Source: an uncultured Brevinematales bacterium
GTDB taxonomy: Bacteria; Spirochaetota; Brevinematia; DTOW01
Reading direction: 5' to 3'
Assembly (NCBI GenBank): GCA_964475465.1
Contig: CAYYXA010000005.1
Location: 5,202 to 69,201, forward strand
DNA length: 64,000 bases
How positions within the stretch are numbered: position 1 is the stretch's first letter; every line of letters begins with the position of its first letter. Below are positions 60,484-64,000 of this stretch, piece after piece. The notes under the pieces are model-generated. The model was not told the origin of the DNA. It searched no databases and saw only the letters and a program-made list of their open reading frames with translations. The position numbers and the translations under genes are program-made.

Positions 60484-60615
60484 CTAAACAGCACTGGATG
60501 CTAGACAGCATTGTGTACTAAACAACATTTAATATTCAAAAGCTATGCACTAAATAGTAATTTCACTTATGAAACCTTTTAAACAACTATAATAACTAGT
60601 GTAACTAAGACAGCT
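60484..60615. repeat. Array of five degenerate direct repeats (consensus CTA[AG]A[CT]AG[CT]A) phased at about 17 bp, in the cysS upstream region.
   Basis: Copies at 60484 (CTAAACAGCAC), 60501 (CTAGACAGCAT), 60518 (CTAAACAACAT), 60550 (CTAAATAGTAA), 60605 (CTAAGACAGCT). The first three are spaced exactly 17 bp apart. Confidence 0.45.
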
Positions 60616-60874
60616 ATCTCACCAATCCTTTCAAGTTCTAAGTGTATCACCGGTACAACACTCAAAGCACATAGAAAAAGTAAAACAGCTTAGCTCTAGA
60701 CTTAACCAGCTCCAAATCATTAGAGCACGGAGATATGAAACTTTTCCACGACAAAGATAAACAAGTAAGAAACTATCAAATTACCGTTTTTAAGCAAATT
60801 CAAAAAAGTTAAATCTCCAACATAATCACACATTCTTGAAAAAATTTTTGCAACAACTTAATAATTTCTTACTT

Positions 60875-62278
60875 ATGAGGCTGTATAATACTCTTTCCAG
60901 ACAAATAGAAGAATTCATTCCTTTAGAAGGAAACAAAGTAAAAATGTACTTTTGCGGCCCCACAGTTTACGATTTTGCTCATATAGGCAACTTCAGAACT
61001 TTCGTAATGTCAGATATACTTCATAGATACCTAAAGCTAAAAGGGTATGACGTTGTGTTTGTGATGAATCTCACAGATGTTGATGATAAAACTATCAGAG
61101 GAGCAATGAGAGAAGGTATCTCTCTCAAGGAGTACACAGATAGGTACGCTAAAGCTTTTTTTGAAGATATAGAGACAATGAGAATAGAAAGAGCCACTTA
61201 CTACCCTAGAGCAACAGAAACTATAAACGACATAGTCGAGTTTATAAAAGTATTGATGGCGAAAGGACATGCCTATAAAACCGAAGATGGTGTATATTTT
61301 GACATATCTTCATTTAAAGAATACGGGAAACTATCAAAGCTGGATAAATCAAACATAAAGCCTGGAGCAAGCGGTAGAGTAAGAGTTGACGAATACTCAA
61401 AAGAAGATATTGTAGATTTTGCACTTTGGAAAGCATGGAAAGAAGAGGATGGAAATGTATACTGGGAAACAGAGATAGGTAAAGGAAGGCCAGGATGGCA
61501 CATTGAATGTTCCGTCATGAGTACCAAATACTTAGGTGATACTTTGGATATTCACGGTGGCGGAGTAGACTTAATATTTCCTCACCATGAAAACGAAATT
61601 GCACAATCCGAAAGTAAAACTGGAAAACAGTTTGTAAGATATTGGTTTCATGTAGAACACTTGATGATAAACGGAAGAAAAATGTCAAAATCTGAAGGAA
61701 ACTTCTTTACCTTAAGAGACCTTATAGCTAAAGGCTACAACCCGAAAGCTATAAGATTAGTCCTAATATCAACTCATTACAGGAAACCCTTAGATTTTAC
61801 AGAAGAGAAAGTGAAACAAGCAGAAAATACTATAAAAGGTCTAGAGATATTCATTGCAAAAATGAAGAAAGCTCTATCAAAAAATAAAGAAATACAACCT
61901 ACAAAGCTAGATATCATAGAGAACGCTAGAAAGAAGTTCATAGAATCAATGGATAATGATCTAAATGTACCTGAAGCATTAGGTGTTGTATTTTCCCTTA
62001 TCTCAGAATTTGAAAACACAGATATTACGGCTATTTCGTCAAAAGAAGCTGAAGAGATACTAAAGTTTCTGGTGGATGTAAAAAGAGTCTTAGATTTCTT
62101 TGATATGGATATAGACGAAGTACCTCAAGAAGTACTCAGAATGCTAGAAGAAAGAGAAAACCTAAGGAAAAACAAAGAATTCTCCAAAGCAGATGAAATA
62201 AGAACCAAACTCACAGAAATGGGATACGAAATCATAGACACAAGAATAGGAAGCATACCAATAAAGTTCAAAAAATGA
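60875..62278 (+). CDS. cysS: Cysteinyl-tRNA synthetase.
   Basis: Class I motifs HIGN (CGPTVYDFAHIGNFRT) and KMSKS (RKMSKSEGN), plus the Zn-binding CGPT region. Start reset to MRLYNTLSRQ. Confidence 0.9.
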   Translation: MRLYNTLSRQIEEFIPLEGNKVKMYFCGPTVYDFAHIGNFRTFVMSDILHRYLKLKGYDVVFVMNLTDVDDKTIRGAMREGISLKEYTDRYAKAFFEDIETMRIERATYYPRATETINDIVEFIKVLMAKGHAYKTEDGVYFDISSFKEYGKLSKLDKSNIKPGASGRVRVDEYSKEDIVDFALWKAWKEEDGNVYWETEIGKGRPGWHIECSVMSTKYLGDTLDIHGGGVDLIFPHHENEIAQSESKTGKQFVRYWFHVEHLMINGRKMSKSEGNFFTLRDLIAKGYNPKAIRLVLISTHYRKPLDFTEEKVKQAENTIKGLEIFIAKMKKALSKNKEIQPTKLDIIENARKKFIESMDNDLNVPEALGVVFSLISEFENTDITAISSKEAEEILKFLVDVKRVLDFFDMDIDEVPQEVLRMLEERENLRKNKEFSKADEIRTKLTEMGYEIIDTRIGSIPIKFKK

Positions 62279-62286
62279 ATATATTC

Positions 62287-63240
62287 CTATAAAATAATCC
62301 TTACACCTAGATTATCGACTGATAGTATCTGTATATCATAATCAATTGTTGTTTCTTTAGATAAAAAACTTCTTATTCTTAGCAAGTCATTCAATTTTGG
62401 GACACCCAAAAACATAAGACAAAAGGTAGGTCCACTACCAGAGACAAAACTACCTATGTAATGTGTTTCAAACTCATTCTCTTCAATCTCCAAAAGCTTC
62501 TCAAATCCCCTATACAAGTGTTTCCTATACTTCTGATGTAATTCATCCCTTAAACCTATTTTGATTAAATCATATCTTCTTTTCATTACCCCAGTAATCA
62601 GGCTAACAGCGTACTTCAAGTTTCTTACAACTTCTTCAAGAGAATAAACTTTAGGCAAAACCTTTCTAGCGACTTCCGTAGAAACTTCAAACTCAGGTAT
62701 CACAAAAACTAGTTTTATATCCTCCGGGAAATCAATTCTGTCAAACTTATTGTTGCTATCGAGGTTACATATAGAAAAACCACCAATTACGGCAGGTGTA
62801 ACATTGTCAGGATGTTTCTCAATCTCAACAGCCAGCGGCAGTATTAATTTCTCTTTTGCCACCTTAAAATCCTCTAGTTCTCCCTTTATCTTACCCTTGC
62901 TAAGTAGATAAAGATAACCTAGCGTTAGTCCTCCTACAATAGCAGAAGAACTGCTTCCCAATCCTCTCTTTATTGGAATATGATTCTTCACCCATATCGA
63001 CAAATTAGTTGGTATATTTTCTTTAAACTCTTTCAACATGCGAGAAAAAGAAACAAAGACTATATTTGATTCGTCTTCTTCGGGCTTAGGACCTACTCCA
63101 AAGTACTCTATTACCTTCCCCCTTCTCTCCCTAAACGAAAAGTAAGCATATATGCTTACAGCTAGACCAAAAACGTCAAAGCCACTTCCTATATTAGCTG
63201 AGCTTCCAGGAACTATTACGGTACATTTTGATATATCCAT
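62287..63240 (-). CDS. thrB: Homoserine kinase (GHMP kinase family).
   Basis: N-terminal VIVPGSSANIGSGFDVFGLAV and the GHMP ATP motif PIKRGLGSSSSAIVGG. 317 aa. Confidence 0.75.
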   Translation of the reverse strand: MDISKCTVIVPGSSANIGSGFDVFGLAVSIYAYFSFRERRGKVIEYFGVGPKPEEDESNIVFVSFSRMLKEFKENIPTNLSIWVKNHIPIKRGLGSSSSAIVGGLTLGYLYLLSKGKIKGELEDFKVAKEKLILPLAVEIEKHPDNVTPAVIGGFSICNLDSNNKFDRIDFPEDIKLVFVIPEFEVSTEVARKVLPKVYSLEEVVRNLKYAVSLITGVMKRRYDLIKIGLRDELHQKYRKHLYRGFEKLLEIEENEFETHYIGSFVSGSGPTFCLMFLGVPKLNDLLRIRSFLSKETTIDYDIQILSVDNLGVRIIL

Positions 63241-63243
63241 ATA

Positions 63244-64000
63244 TTAGAATTGTTGTAAGTTCTCTAAAAACTCATCGTTATTCTTCGTTTTCAACAAAAC
63301 TTCTGTAAGCTTCTGTATTATTTCCTCATTACTCATATCACTTATTGCTCTTCTAAGCAACCATATCCTATGAAGTTTATCCTCTGGCAACAGTAGTTCT
63401 TCTCTTCTTGTACCTGAAAGCCTAAGGTCAATAGCTGGGAAAATCCTCTTATTAGCCAAATCCCTACTCAGGTGTATTTCCATATTACCTGTACCCTTAA
63501 ACTCCTCATATATCACTTCATCCATTTTACTACCTGTATCTATCAAGGCAGAGGCTATAATTGTCAAACTCCCACCTTCTTCTATTTTTCTAGCGGAGCC
63601 AAAGAAATACTTCGGCTTTTGGAATGCGCCAACTTCTATACCACCTGACATTATCCTACCCGTTGACGGCATTATCTGGTTGTAAGCTCTTGTCAACCTC
63701 GTCAAACTATCAAGAAGTATGACAACATCCATCTTCATTTCTACCAACCTCTTAGCTCTCTCTAAAACCATCTCGGCGACTACTCCGTGCCTATGTGGCT
63801 CCTCATCAAACGTTGAACTTATAACTGTTACATTTTTAAGTGATCTCTTCCAATCTGTAACTTCCTCAGGTCTCTCATCGATTAACAATATGAAAAGTAC
63901 AACTTCAGGATGATTTTTACGAATTGCTGTTGCTATTTTCTTCAGTAGTGTTGTCTTACCGGCCTTTGGCTGGGATACAACCATACCCCTCTGCCCCTTA
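63244..64000 (-). CDS. rho: Transcription termination factor Rho; only the C-terminal ATPase portion is in the window.
   Basis: RecA-like Walker [14 protein letters not shown] and the Rho C-terminal blocks ([38 protein letters not shown]). The ORF runs off the 3' window edge. Confidence 0.9.
   Translation of the reverse strand, partial: KGQRGMVVSQPKAGKTTLLKKIATAIRKNHPEVVLFILLIDERPEEVTDWKRSLKNVTVISSTFDEEPHRHGVVAEMVLERAKRLVEMKMDVVILLDSLTRLTRAYNQIMPSTGRIMSGGIEVGAFQKPKYFFGSARKIEEGGSLTIIASALIDTGSKMDEVIYEEFKGTGNMEIHLSRDLANKRIFPAIDLRLSGTRREELLLPEDKLHRIWLLRRAISDMSNEEIIQKLTEVLLKTKNNDEFLENLQQF

Noticed and set aside
60333-60874. T-box leader upstream of cysS.
   Set aside because: No match to the conserved T-box sequence (AATTAGGGTGGNACCGCG) or to an obvious specifier-loop architecture. 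Reported instead as a repeat array.
1-64000. CRISPR arrays, transposases, integrases and prophage modules.
   Set aside because: No regularly spaced 25-40 bp direct repeats. No proteins with DDE or tyrosine-recombinase motifs. All long ORFs are accounted for by housekeeping or envelope functions.

Overview
This is a gene-dense, low-GC (roughly one-third G+C) bacterial chromosomal segment, mostly housekeeping and central metabolism, with coding biased to the minus strand.

Recognisable content:
- A complete four-subunit pyruvate:ferredoxin oxidoreductase operon in the order gamma-delta-alpha-beta.
- A B12-dependent class II ribonucleotide reductase with a C-terminal Cys4 zinc ribbon.
- Three starch-degrading enzymes: two GH13 family, one GH57 family.
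- trxB with a TlpA-like redoxin.
- tRNA-Trp followed by secE and nusG; tRNA-Leu and tRNA-Pro.
- Single-copy core genes: argH (truncated at the 5' edge), scpA, tsf, pyrC, ispD, speE, infC, lspA, aroK, miaA, miaB, murB, rny, cysS, thrB, and rho (truncated at the 3' edge).

Envelope genes point to a diderm cell: an LptD/OstA-like beta-barrel, two LptF/LptG-like permeases, a TonB-dependent receptor with a BtuB-like plug, ExbD, and an LtaS-like sulfatase.

The lineage cannot be fixed from sequence alone. The gene content fits thermophilic low-GC diderms such as Thermotogae, Dictyoglomi or Aquificae.

No CRISPR array, transposase, integrase or prophage module was seen.

The most unusual locus is a five-gene minus-strand string (30315 to 23430). 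A BtuB-like TonB-dependent receptor is preceded by an AT-rich palindrome and is translationally adjacent to an orphan GHKL-ATPase-fold protein. A secreted protein follows, then the B12-dependent nrdJ, which carries a tandem palindromic 15-bp repeat in its promoter region.

Other points worth a second look:
- A translationally coupled orphan oxidoreductase gamma subunit and HycI-like hydrogenase maturation protease.
- A 17-bp periodic motif array in the long cysS leader.
- Recurring hairpin terminator families.
- Several unusually long AT-rich intergenic regions that share short words.
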